This document shows positions 11,201 to 19,120 of a stretch of DNA of 64,000 bases, piece by piece. Every line of letters begins with the position of its first letter. Positions within the stretch are counted from its first letter, which is position 1. The DNA is taken from contig JAVBNI010000001.1 of assembly GCA_031551645.1 (NCBI GenBank), positions 10,902 through 74,901 on the forward strand. Direction: 5' to 3'. Source of the stretch: Bacteroidales bacterium. GTDB taxonomy: Bacteria; Bacteroidota; Bacteroidia; Bacteroidales; UBA4181. The position numbers and the translations under genes are program-made. Under the pieces are notes generated by a model that was not told where the DNA came from, did no database searches, and worked only from the letters and a program-made list of their open reading frames with translations.

Positions 11201-11475
11201 TCTTTTACCTTTTCGTATTCTTTCGGATAGTATTCTTTCATCCAGAGGTATTTGATACCCCCTTCGAAATTGAAGACATAATCCGGGTAATGCTCAAAAA
11301 GATAAAAATTCTGTATCATTGTTTTTGGTAAATAGTTGGAAATAGAGGTTTGTACATCCCAATTCCACTGGGTATCGAAATGTGCATTCGATACCATATA
11401 CGCGGTATACTGTTTTTGAGCAAACATAACCGGAACACACGCAAAAATCAAAACAATCAATAAAATTCTTTTCAT
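8275..11475 (-). CDS. Glycoside hydrolase family 38 alpha-mannosidase (secreted)
   Basis: 1066 aa with a signal peptide (LIFACVPVMFAQ). The N-terminal GH38 signature SNAHFDTQWNW is present, along with GGIKYLWMKEYYP and the motif ...FIWHQFHDDLTGTS. The size fits bacterial GH38 enzymes. Confidence 0.8.
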   Translation of the reverse strand: MKRILLIVLIFACVPVMFAQKQYTAYMVSNAHFDTQWNWDVQTSISNYLPKTMIQNFYLFEHYPDYVFNFEGGIKYLWMKEYYPKEYEKVKEYIKSGRWNICGSTWDATDPNIPSSESFFRNILYGQHYYRDEFGVYTSNDIFLPDCFGFGYHLPTIAAHAGLKGFSTQKLQWRSKPFYGDSKVPFKIGLWQGLDGSKIMAALDAQSYVSRFDEDLSYDEDIIKLAQGGVNNIAYRYYGTGDTGGSPTILSTNSIERGLKGNGPLKIINATAGQMYEDYWPFDKHPELPVFNGELLMDVHATGCYTSQAAMKRFNRRNERLADAAERASVVADWLGGAEYPAEEIRNSWRSFIWHQFHDDLTGTSLPKAYSFSWNDELIAQSKFADVTSSAVGAVTRALDTKVTGSAVVVYNSVAQPRKDIVVAAVPMSQQPQGITVTGPDGKSVSAQLLSYENGKATVLFAANVAPVSFSVYDVKAGNSGTNKKLVASGNTIENPVYKLTLDKNGDIASIIDKRSKKELVQSGKAFRLALFTENESVAWPAWEILKKTMDATPVSISGNVNISVAETGPARATLKVEKTYGDSKFVQYISLTDGAMDDRIDIQNEIDWTETNALLKAEFPMSISNPNAKYDLGIGYIERGNNTETAYEVIAQQWADLTSADGKYGIAIMNDCKYGWDKPADNTLRLTLLHTPKTGNRYEYQSKQDWGPHTFSYSIVGHNGSAIDAGVAWKADALNNPLMSFNAPKSQGTLGRSFSFVKTSNPQVSIKAIKEAEKGEYYVVRVNEIYGKPYTNTEITFAAPIEAAQELNGVEDMLGDVKFSGNKIIISGTAFQPKTFAVKLKKNNSLSTPASMFVDLAYNASAVTPDAFSKSGAFDMRGNTFAAELMPESVISDGIRFKMNNKVDENNYVRCDGQTVVLPANHGCTKLYLMVTSPFGDRKTVFKVDGEEYAVNVPFWTDFYGQWGLKEFSEGFVKDGSIAYLGTHRHGREGNDPHVFTYIYKICLDIDKDARTLLLPKDRTIAVFAATLADNPNGDTQPAMEMRALPYETKEITYSDEVPQFRFRR

Positions 11476-11775
11476 GATTATTAAATAAAATTAAAATTAG
11501 TATATCATATGACAGCTTTACAATATTGATTAAGCGAACCGGAAAGCTCGACAAAATCCGACTTAAAAGTATTCATAATCGTAATAGATTATTCTTTTTT
11601 TGCATTTTTTAACAATTGTTTCACTAAGGTTATACCAACATATAACAGAAAGGTAAATGTTGTAAAGATAAAATAATCAAATAGTTAACCATAAATAGTG
11701 ATCTTTTTATTGGATGTCATGTAATAGAAAAAGTGTATCAGGATAGAAAGTATATCCTTTAAAAATCAGTGGATA

Positions 11776-11791
11776 GCTTAAACGTTTAAGC
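11776..11791. promoter_or_regulatory. Perfect 16-bp palindrome GCTTAAACGTTTAAGC, copy 2
   Basis: Identical to the 16-mer at 7422-7437. It lies 301 bp upstream of the GH38 start codon. Confidence 0.5.
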
Positions 11792-11915
11792 AACCTAATT
11801 TTATCAATAGCATGTATTCATTGGGACTATTTCTCAAAGGAATTTGTTGAAAAATAGTTCCCGGTAAGTTTTTCATTTTCTTTTGCAAATCTGTCTAAAT
11901 CATTGTTTTTAGAAA

Positions 11916-12320
11916 TCAATTTTTTATATCGTTAACTGGTTTTAATAGACATATTACAAAGCACAATAGCGAGAAGGCAATAAAAGAGTATGCCAAAGGG
12001 TGGAAATAAATAATTGAAAGAATCAAAACAACAAGTGAAATTAAAATATCTGCAACAATAATTTGTCTGCTTGGCTTGTTGATTAGAAATGTTTGTAATC
12101 CAAAAGCAAACAACATAAATCCCATTGTGATACTGAATCCTGTGTAAAATTGCATCAAATCATGTTGTCCCATAAAGTGAAAAGTCGTGTTCTTCATCCT
12201 CATTAGTGTTTGTAAAACATTTTCACTAAGGCCATCTTTCTGCATTTGCGAAACAAGATGCATGAAACCTAACAGCATATAAGCGATTGCTCCTGCCTTA
12301 AAATAATTCAATTTTTTCAT
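11916..12320 (-). CDS. Small polytopic membrane protein, function unknown
   Basis: 134 aa with about four hydrophobic helices (GAIAYMLLGFMHLV, FSITMGFMLFAFGL, ILISLVVLILSIIYF, FIAFSLLCFVICLL). I recognise no family motif. Confidence 0.55.
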   Translation of the reverse strand: MKKLNYFKAGAIAYMLLGFMHLVSQMQKDGLSENVLQTLMRMKNTTFHFMGQHDLMQFYTGFSITMGFMLFAFGLQTFLINKPSRQIIVADILISLVVLILSIIYFHPLAYSFIAFSLLCFVICLLKPVNDIKN

Positions 12321-12339
12321 GTCATGATAATTAAATTAC

Positions 12340-12360
12340 CATACCATATAGTATGGTATG
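12340..12360. promoter_or_regulatory. Perfect 9-3-9 palindrome CATACCATA-TAG-TATGGTATG
   Basis: Read directly from the sequence. It starts 20 bp upstream of the start codon of the 134-aa membrane protein gene. Confidence 0.4.
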
Positions 12361-12470
12361 CAAATGTATGACATTTTTTTGAAATAGAAACATTTTTTAC
12401 TATTTCAGTCTGTTTATTGCTTGTTAAATCGGAGGTGTGCCTTGACGCTAAGAACTTAAAACTAATTGTA

Positions 12471-12478
12471 TATTTTTG
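12471..12478 (+). promoter_or_regulatory. Bacteroidota -7 promoter box (TAnnTTTG)
   Basis: TATTTTTG lies 15 bp upstream of the dusB ATG at 12493, which would give a very short leader. Confidence 0.35.
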
Positions 12479-12492
12479 CATAAAAATTTGGA

Positions 12493-13470
12493 ATGCAAAT
12501 AGGTACTATTGATTTAGGCCAAAATCCTTTGTTTCTTGCTCCCATGGAGGATGTTACCGATCCATCGTTTCGGTACATCTGCAAGCATTTTGGTGCCGAC
12601 ATGGTGTATACAGAGTTTGTATCGTCTGATGGCCTGATCCGTGATGCGAAAAAAACACTCAAAAAACTTGAAATCGGAGACTATGAGCGTCCAATCGGGA
12701 TCCAACTGTATGGACACCTGATTGAACCAATGGTAGAAGCTGCCAGGATAGCTGAAGAAGCTGCTCCGGACTTAATTGATATCAATTTTGGATGTCCTGT
12801 GCGGAAAATCGCCACACGGGGAGCAGGCGCCGGCATGTTATGCAATGTGCCATTAATGATGGAAATGACCAAGGCGATTGTGAATGCTGTAAAATTACCG
12901 GTGACTGTAAAAACCCGTTTGGGTTGGGACGAGGAATCCAAAAATATTGTGGAAGTTGCCGAACGTTTGCAGGATACCGGTATTGCAGCCATCACCATAC
13001 ACGGACGTACGCGGGCGCAACTCTACAAAGGCGAAGCGGATTGGACTTTGATCGGCGAAGTGAAAAATAATCCACGCATGTGTATTCCGGTTATTGGTAA
13101 TGGTGACATTACATCCGCTGAAATTGCAAAAGAAAAGATTGATCGGTATGGCGTGGACGGCATTATGATTGGCCGTGCTACATACGGACGTCCGTGGATT
13201 TTTGCCGAAATAAAGCATTATTTACAGACCGGTGAATTTATGAAACCGCTCACGATTGCCGAAAAAGTTGAGTTAGCTAAAATGCATCTTCAAAAATCTA
13301 TTGAATACAAGGGGATTCCTGTTGGTATTTTTGAGATGCGGCGGCACCTTTCCAATTATTTCAAAAATTTGCCTGATTTCAAACAAACCCGGATGATATT
13401 AGTTACTTCTTTGGATGTGAGTGAATTGTTGCAGACATTAGATGGTATTGTGGAGCGCTATGGATCATAG
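12493..13470 (+). CDS. dusB: tRNA-dihydrouridine synthase
   Basis: 325 aa. Dus-family motifs are present: LAPMEDVTDPSFR, DINFGCPVRK (catalytic Cys) and AITIHGRTRAQ. Confidence 0.9.
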   Translation: MQIGTIDLGQNPLFLAPMEDVTDPSFRYICKHFGADMVYTEFVSSDGLIRDAKKTLKKLEIGDYERPIGIQLYGHLIEPMVEAARIAEEAAPDLIDINFGCPVRKIATRGAGAGMLCNVPLMMEMTKAIVNAVKLPVTVKTRLGWDEESKNIVEVAERLQDTGIAAITIHGRTRAQLYKGEADWTLIGEVKNNPRMCIPVIGNGDITSAEIAKEKIDRYGVDGIMIGRATYGRPWIFAEIKHYLQTGEFMKPLTIAEKVELAKMHLQKSIEYKGIPVGIFEMRRHLSNYFKNLPDFKQTRMILVTSLDVSELLQTLDGIVERYGS

Positions 13471-13855
13471 CTTTGATGATGAGTTTATCGTAATGAATCT
13501 TTAACATATTTATGAAAAATATAATAAGATTCAGAAGGAGATTTACCATCGCATAGTTTCAAATTTAAAAAAAACTTAAAAAAATAACAGTAATTTTGTA
13601 ACCCGAAGCCACGGTTTTCCGTATAATACCAGTGCGTTAAATATTATGTAGAATTATAATATTAATTCACGTGTAGGGATACCTTATTGTAAAATAAACA
13701 ATATTGATTGATTGTATTTAGCGATATATCTATTAATACCATATATTATTATTTGTGAGTAGATAAAAACATGTAATATAATGTATTGAAATTTAGAAAA
13801 ATATACAAAATTAGTTGGTGAGATTTCACTTCGCGACTATTTTCCACACACATAC

Positions 13856-16800
13856 GTGACATCCATGATGGACCCAGATCTCAAGTTTACTATTTCAACC
13901 CATAATCTCTTCATTGGCTTACCTCCAAATAAAAGCCCTGTAGTGCAACGTCTGCTTACAGGTCCTGCCAGGTTTAATGCTTTGACAGGTTGTCATAAGT
14001 ACATGCACAACAGGCAATCTCCGGAGAAACCGGCATTATGCCCCGAAGCTATACAAGAGCCAGCCATTATACGCAATCGTTATCTCGATTTATTCACCCA
14101 GCTTAATATTATCGAGGACTCATTCGAGTTTATCCGCTTGATTTTTCATTTTGACCCGTTCCAATGCGTTTATGCGGGAAGTTCGTTCGAAAAAGTATAC
14201 GGTTATTCATGCAAGGAGATTTATGAATATACCGCTCTTTTCTATGATGTTGCACATCCTGATGATACCGATTTCTTGATGCAACAGATTAAGGTACTGC
14301 TTAAAAATGGATATAATGAGTTTACATACAGGATTATTACCAAAAATGGCGAAGTAAAGTATCTCAAGGTCAACGCATGGTGTCAGCAAGATGAAAACTT
14401 GTCGTATGTGCTGAATTGTTTCCAAAAAGATATCACACCAAAAATCGAAGCACGTAGTCAACTCGAAAAAAGTCTTAAAAAACATCATTCCGTATCTGAA
14501 ATAGCTATCGCTTTCAATTCTGTTGAAGAATTTGAATATAAATTACAAGTAGTAGTCGATAAAATAGGCAATACGGTACAGGCCGATCAGGTTAGTTTAT
14601 ATGAAATTGACAGCGATCTCCAACAAATGATTTGTCGCCTCATATGGGTGAAGGACAATGTTATCGTTCCTGCAGGGGTAATGCGTGCCATTCCACCATT
14701 AAGTTCGTTACCTGAATACATCAATACACTGCAATATTCCGTTGGTAATGAGATCAGCGGATTTATGCGTTTTTGGGATAAGCCGGAGCAGATACAGTCG
14801 CTTATGTTGGTACCTGTACGCATCAAGCAGAAAATGTTTGGGTTTATCGAGCTTGTTACGACCTCGAAGAAACGTAATTGGAGTGATGACGATCTCAGTT
14901 TTGTTTCATCTGTAAGCAATATGGTGGCAAATTTTTATGATCGTAAAATCATTAATGATGAGTTAAACCTGAACTATCAGAAACAGGAGCTATTGGCTAA
15001 TGTGTCGTATCATTTAAATAAATATAGCGACGACCAGGAAAATGTACTAACCTCGGCACTTGGTTACATCGGCATGAAAAAATTGGACACCGAGCGTCTG
15101 TTCATTTTCAAGTATGATGAAGAAGAAAACCGGTTCGTGAAAACACATGAATATATTAATCCTTCCCTCAACCAGAAATATGGTACACGTAACGAATATG
15201 GCGGCAAATTATTTGTTGATTTTGTTTCCCGGTTGAAATTGGGAAAGGCCTGTCCCATACCTGATGTTTCGCAACTGAGTCCCGAATTGCAACTTCTTTT
15301 CACGGGATTGAGTATCAAATCGATACTTGTCGTTCCGCTCTTTGTCAACAGACAATTCTATGGGGTTTATGGTTATGATATTTATTCACATTATCATACC
15401 TGGAAAAAGACTGAAATAGAAATAGCCCAGACATTTGCCGGTACAATAAGCCATTTTATTGAGCGGCAGGACATCATAGCTAAGTTGAAAAAAAGTGAGC
15501 GGAAGTTTAAAGACATATCAGATAAGCTTCCGGGTTGTGTTTTCCAGGTAACACTGTCTCCTGCAGAGGAAATTACGCTGAACTATGTCAGCCCGCAGTT
15601 TGAGCAATGGACCGGAATTAAACCTGCTCCCAGTATTTCATTGGAAAAGATTCAGCAAGCGTTGCATCCCAAAGATTATGAAATTTTCTCGCACTTTAAA
15701 AACGATTTAAAATTTTCAAAATCGGAAGCTTTTCTCGAAAGCCGTTTTTATTTTCCTCAAAAAGGATTTAAATGGTTGGTAATTAGAGCCATTTTATCAG
15801 AGACCATGCCTTCGGGCGAGCGGTTATACAATGGCTTGATCATCGATATGACCGAAAGTAAGCAAACCGAGTCGAAACTGGCCGAAGCCAATGTATCCAT
15901 ACAAAGTATTATCAATAACCTCGAGAAGGGAATCCTACTGGTAGATGATAAGGGCAATGTATTATACATGAATGATAAGCTGCTGGAAATGTTGGTCAGT
16001 GTCGGGGTTTTTGATGCGGAAATAGTACAACGGGACCAGATATTGGATGCTACATTCAATTTGGTAAGAGATAGTGCCGGATTAAAACAACATACCAAGT
16101 ACTTGTTGGAAAACAAAATAGAGGAACGCGGAAAAGAATTGTTTTTTTACCAATCAGCTGAATTTATTACCCGGGATTATATTCCTATATTCCGCGATCA
16201 GCAGTTTTTTGCGCATCTTTTTATTTTCAACAACATTACACATAATAAAATACAAGAACTTGAGATACAGAAGGCCTATAGACGTGTTCGTACAATTATC
16301 GATTATTCTGATATTGGAGTTTTGCTATTGAGCGAGAATGGAAAAGTGTTGATTGTCAATGACCAGTTCCTCAGAATGCACCAAATAGATGTGCCTGTGG
16401 AATGTTTTATCAATAAACCATTCAAGTTGCTGTGGAACAAAGCAAATGAAGTGGCCAAGGTCGAAGGTATTAGTTTTGAGTTGATGCAAAACGCGATAAG
16501 CTCGGGACAACGTGTTGTTAACCAGGAAATAACCATTAACGAAGTAACTACGTTGAGATGTTTTATTGAACCGATAGAGGATGACCGGCATGTGCAGCAC
16601 GAGACACTTGTTCAAATGGTTGATATTACAGCACAAAAGAATATCGAACATACCTTGCGTAAGGCTAAAGAGGAGGCCGAGACAATTGCTAAGGCCAAAT
16701 CGCACATACTCATGTCGATGAGTCACGAAATACGTACACCGCTTAATGGCATCTTGGGATTTTCGGGAATGTTGAAAAACGCCCTTTCTGATCCATACCA

Positions 16801-17461
16801 AAAGGAGATGGCAGAAATAATAGATCAAAGCGGTCACCGCTTGATGGAAACCCTGAATGCCATTCTTGACTTCTCGGTAGTACAGTCTGATAAGAAGGCA
16901 TTCCGGATAAGTTCGGTGAATGTAAATCACGTATTGCAGGAGCAAATCAAATTGTACCGGACAATGGCGGCTAACAAGGGACTATACATATATGCAAAGG
17001 TCGTCGGGCAAATCAGTGTGGCCGTTTCAGAACAGATTTTGTATAAAATATTACAAAATTTAGTCAATAATGCCATAAAATATACGATCAAAGGCGGGAT
17101 AAAGATTGAAGCAGGAATCACAGTTATAGGTGGTAGTGAATGGCTTGATTTAAAGGTGACAGATACAGGCGTAGGAATTGACGAAATCATGCATAAGACC
17201 ATCTTTGAACCATTCAGGCAGGGAAGCGAGGGATACGGAAGGGCTTTTGAAGGTACAGGGTTGGGATTGAGTCTGGTAAACGAATATGTGAAGAAAATGA
17301 ATGGAAAGATTCTACTTGCCAGCCGGAAAGATGAAGGATCCACCTTTACCATTTTATTACCTAACGCATATTATGAAACTACGGGAAGTTCGATTGAAAT
17401 CATTGGTATGCCTCCCGAGTCGAACGACAATATGAGCTATGGTTATGTGGTTAACATTTAA
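13856..17461 (+). CDS. Large soluble sensor histidine kinase (multiple PAS/GAF-like modules, HisKA, HATPase_c); start codon uncertain
   Basis: The H-box reads MSHEIRTPLNGILGFS, the N box LVNNAIKYT and the G boxes VTDTGVGI / GTGLGLSLV. Several PAS-like units are present (e.g. YGYSCKEIYEYTALFYDVAHPDD...FTYRIITKNGEVKYLKVNA). I see no TM segment and no receiver domain. The ORF-track start is a GTG, and ATG codons follow at 13865 and later. Confidence 0.85.
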   Translation: MTSMMDPDLKFTISTHNLFIGLPPNKSPVVQRLLTGPARFNALTGCHKYMHNRQSPEKPALCPEAIQEPAIIRNRYLDLFTQLNIIEDSFEFIRLIFHFDPFQCVYAGSSFEKVYGYSCKEIYEYTALFYDVAHPDDTDFLMQQIKVLLKNGYNEFTYRIITKNGEVKYLKVNAWCQQDENLSYVLNCFQKDITPKIEARSQLEKSLKKHHSVSEIAIAFNSVEEFEYKLQVVVDKIGNTVQADQVSLYEIDSDLQQMICRLIWVKDNVIVPAGVMRAIPPLSSLPEYINTLQYSVGNEISGFMRFWDKPEQIQSLMLVPVRIKQKMFGFIELVTTSKKRNWSDDDLSFVSSVSNMVANFYDRKIINDELNLNYQKQELLANVSYHLNKYSDDQENVLTSALGYIGMKKLDTERLFIFKYDEEENRFVKTHEYINPSLNQKYGTRNEYGGKLFVDFVSRLKLGKACPIPDVSQLSPELQLLFTGLSIKSILVVPLFVNRQFYGVYGYDIYSHYHTWKKTEIEIAQTFAGTISHFIERQDIIAKLKKSERKFKDISDKLPGCVFQVTLSPAEEITLNYVSPQFEQWTGIKPAPSISLEKIQQALHPKDYEIFSHFKNDLKFSKSEAFLESRFYFPQKGFKWLVIRAILSETMPSGERLYNGLIIDMTESKQTESKLAEANVSIQSIINNLEKGILLVDDKGNVLYMNDKLLEMLVSVGVFDAEIVQRDQILDATFNLVRDSAGLKQHTKYLLENKIEERGKELFFYQSAEFITRDYIPIFRDQQFFAHLFIFNNITHNKIQELEIQKAYRRVRTIIDYSDIGVLLLSENGKVLIVNDQFLRMHQIDVPVECFINKPFKLLWNKANEVAKVEGISFELMQNAISSGQRVVNQEITINEVTTLRCFIEPIEDDRHVQHETLVQMVDITAQKNIEHTLRKAKEEAETIAKAKSHILMSMSHEIRTPLNGILGFSGMLKNALSDPYQKEMAEIIDQSGHRLMETLNAILDFSVVQSDKKAFRISSVNVNHVLQEQIKLYRTMAANKGLYIYAKVVGQISVAVSEQILYKILQNLVNNAIKYTIKGGIKIEAGITVIGGSEWLDLKVTDTGVGIDEIMHKTIFEPFRQGSEGYGRAFEGTGLGLSLVNEYVKKMNGKILLASRKDEGSTFTILLPNAYYETTGSSIEIIGMPPESNDNMSYGYVVNI

Positions 17462-17468
17462 ATAATAG

Positions 17469-17585
17469 AGAGTTAAGAGTTGAGAGTTGAGAGTTGAATA
17501 ACTGAATAATTGAATAAATAACTGACAATTCTTCACTCTTCATTCATCACTTTTCATTCGTCACCCGTCACCAATTTATCATTTA
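17469..17585. repeat. Head-to-head heptamer arrays (GAGTTGA-type, then TTCAYTC/GTCACC-type)
   Basis: The first array reads gagttaa gagttga gagttga gagttga ataactga ataattga ataaataactga. It is followed by ttcactc ttcattc atcactt ttcattc gtcaccc gtcacca. It begins 8 bp after the HK stop codon. Confidence 0.7.
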
Positions 17586-17589
17586 TAAT

Positions 17590-17958
17590 GACTTTGTTGT
17601 AACGTGGATTAAAATATAACTTTCCAAGCATCAATTAAGATTATAGGTTTAATCGCTTAGATCGCTGCAATTAATGAAGAGTACTACCTTTGTAGCATGG
17701 GAGCAAGAATACAATTTATAGGTGTGAATTCGATAAAATTCAACAGGTTTTTTCAGAATGACGAGAACTGCTATCGTTATTTGTCCGACATTAAACCCAA
17801 ATTACGCAATAGGCTTTTCTAATGCGTAATTTGGGTTAAAAATAAATTGTTTATCAAAATTTACCAGTAAAAAATGAAATTTATAAATAACTGATAATCA
17901 TAATACAATCATTGCAACAAAGTCACCTTTTGGGCAAAAATCACGTTGCAACAAAGTC
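17590..17958 (+). mobile_element. Degraded IS1595-family remnant / MITE-like element
   Basis: Imperfect inverted repeats gactttgttgtaacg (17590-17604) and cgttgcaacaaagtc (17944-17958) match at 14 of 15 positions, with an extra copy ttgcaacaaagtc at 17912-17924. They enclose a transposase N-terminal fragment. Confidence 0.45.
17697..17822 (+). pseudogene. Truncated IS1595-type transposase N-terminus (about 33 codons, then divergence and a stop)
   Basis: My translation gives MGARIQFIGVNSIKFNRFFQNDENCYRYLSDIK|PKLRNRLF*. This resembles the conserved start of IS1595 transposases (..L.EF...F.DE..C..YL...RW...CP.CG), but the zinc ribbon is missing. The fragment ends in a 15-bp perfect hairpin, aacccaaattacgca...tgcgtaatttgggtt. 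Confidence 0.45.
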
Positions 17959-18040
17959 GGCATAAAGTATAATCTGCTACGTGCTTTAAGTTTTGATACC
18001 ATCGTTTCGTGACAGGATTTGGAATTTCAAAAAAACCTCT

Positions 18041-18048
18041 TACTTTTG
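18041..18048 (+). promoter_or_regulatory. Bacteroidota -7 promoter box (TAnnTTTG)
   Basis: TACTTTTG lies 37 bp upstream of the lpxD ATG. Confidence 0.45.
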
Positions 18049-18084
18049 TCAACTTAAAACCAGGTATACAAATTTTTCAAGTCA

Positions 18085-19113
18085 ATGGAATTTACAGCAA
18101 GCATGATTGCAGGCTATCTACATGGTGAGGTTGAAGGAAATTCCGAAATAACCGTCACCACTTTTGCCAAAATAGAAGAAGGCCACCCGGGAGCACTAAG
18201 CTTTCTGGCCAATCCTAAATACGAAAAATATCTTTACGAAACAGGATCAAGCATTGTCATCATCAACAAGACGCAAATAGTAGAACATCCGGTCAAGTGT
18301 ACGTTGATCCGTGTGGATGATGCTTACCAGTCTTTCGCTTCCCTATTGGAACTCTACGCTTCGACGCAACAGGAAAAATCAGGACGTGAAGAACCTGTTT
18401 CGGTAGCTGCATCAGTCAAATTAGGTGAAAACATTTACATAGGTGCATTTTCATACATTGCCGAAAATACTGAAATAGGTGATCATGTAAAGATCCATCC
18501 CCAGGTATATATCGGCAAAAATGTCCGTATCGGTAACAATACGGTAATATATCCCGGAGTGAAAATATACCACGATTGTGTGATCGGTAATGATTGTGTG
18601 ATACATTCCGGAGCAGTGGTTGGAGCTGATGGTTTTGGGTTTGCTCCGCAAGCCGATACCGATTACAAGAAAATACCACAAATAGGTAATGTGATCATTG
18701 AAGATCGGGTGGAAGTCGGTGCCAACACATGCATTGACCGTGCTACCATGGGATCGACCATCATCCGTAAAGGGGTGAAATTAGATAATCTCATACAGGT
18801 GGGCCACAATGTCGAAATCGGTGAAAATACCGTCATTGCATCGCAAAGTGGCATATCCGGTTCCTCCAAGGTAGGGAAAAACTGTATGCTTGCCGGTCAG
18901 GTGGGTTTAGCCGGTCATCTCGTTATTGCCGATGGCGTCAAAATTGGAGCGCAATCGGGAATAAATTCAAGTGTTAAAAAACCGGAAAGCACCATTCTTG
19001 GTACGCCTGCAACTGACTACAACGATTGTCTGAAACAATATGTGCTGGTGCGTAACCTGCCCGCAATGAAGAAAAAATTAGACGAACTGGAACGAAAATT
19101 AGCAGATAAATAA
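18085..19113 (+). CDS. lpxD: UDP-3-O-acylglucosamine N-acyltransferase
   Basis: 342 aa. It has an LpxD-type N-terminal domain (GALSFLANPKYEKYL) followed by a long run of hexapeptide (left-handed beta-helix) repeats and a C-terminal helix. Confidence 0.9.
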   Translation: MEFTASMIAGYLHGEVEGNSEITVTTFAKIEEGHPGALSFLANPKYEKYLYETGSSIVIINKTQIVEHPVKCTLIRVDDAYQSFASLLELYASTQQEKSGREEPVSVAASVKLGENIYIGAFSYIAENTEIGDHVKIHPQVYIGKNVRIGNNTVIYPGVKIYHDCVIGNDCVIHSGAVVGADGFGFAPQADTDYKKIPQIGNVIIEDRVEVGANTCIDRATMGSTIIRKGVKLDNLIQVGHNVEIGENTVIASQSGISGSSKVGKNCMLAGQVGLAGHLVIADGVKIGAQSGINSSVKKPESTILGTPATDYNDCLKQYVLVRNLPAMKKKLDELERKLADK

Positions 19114-19120
19114 TTAGGTT

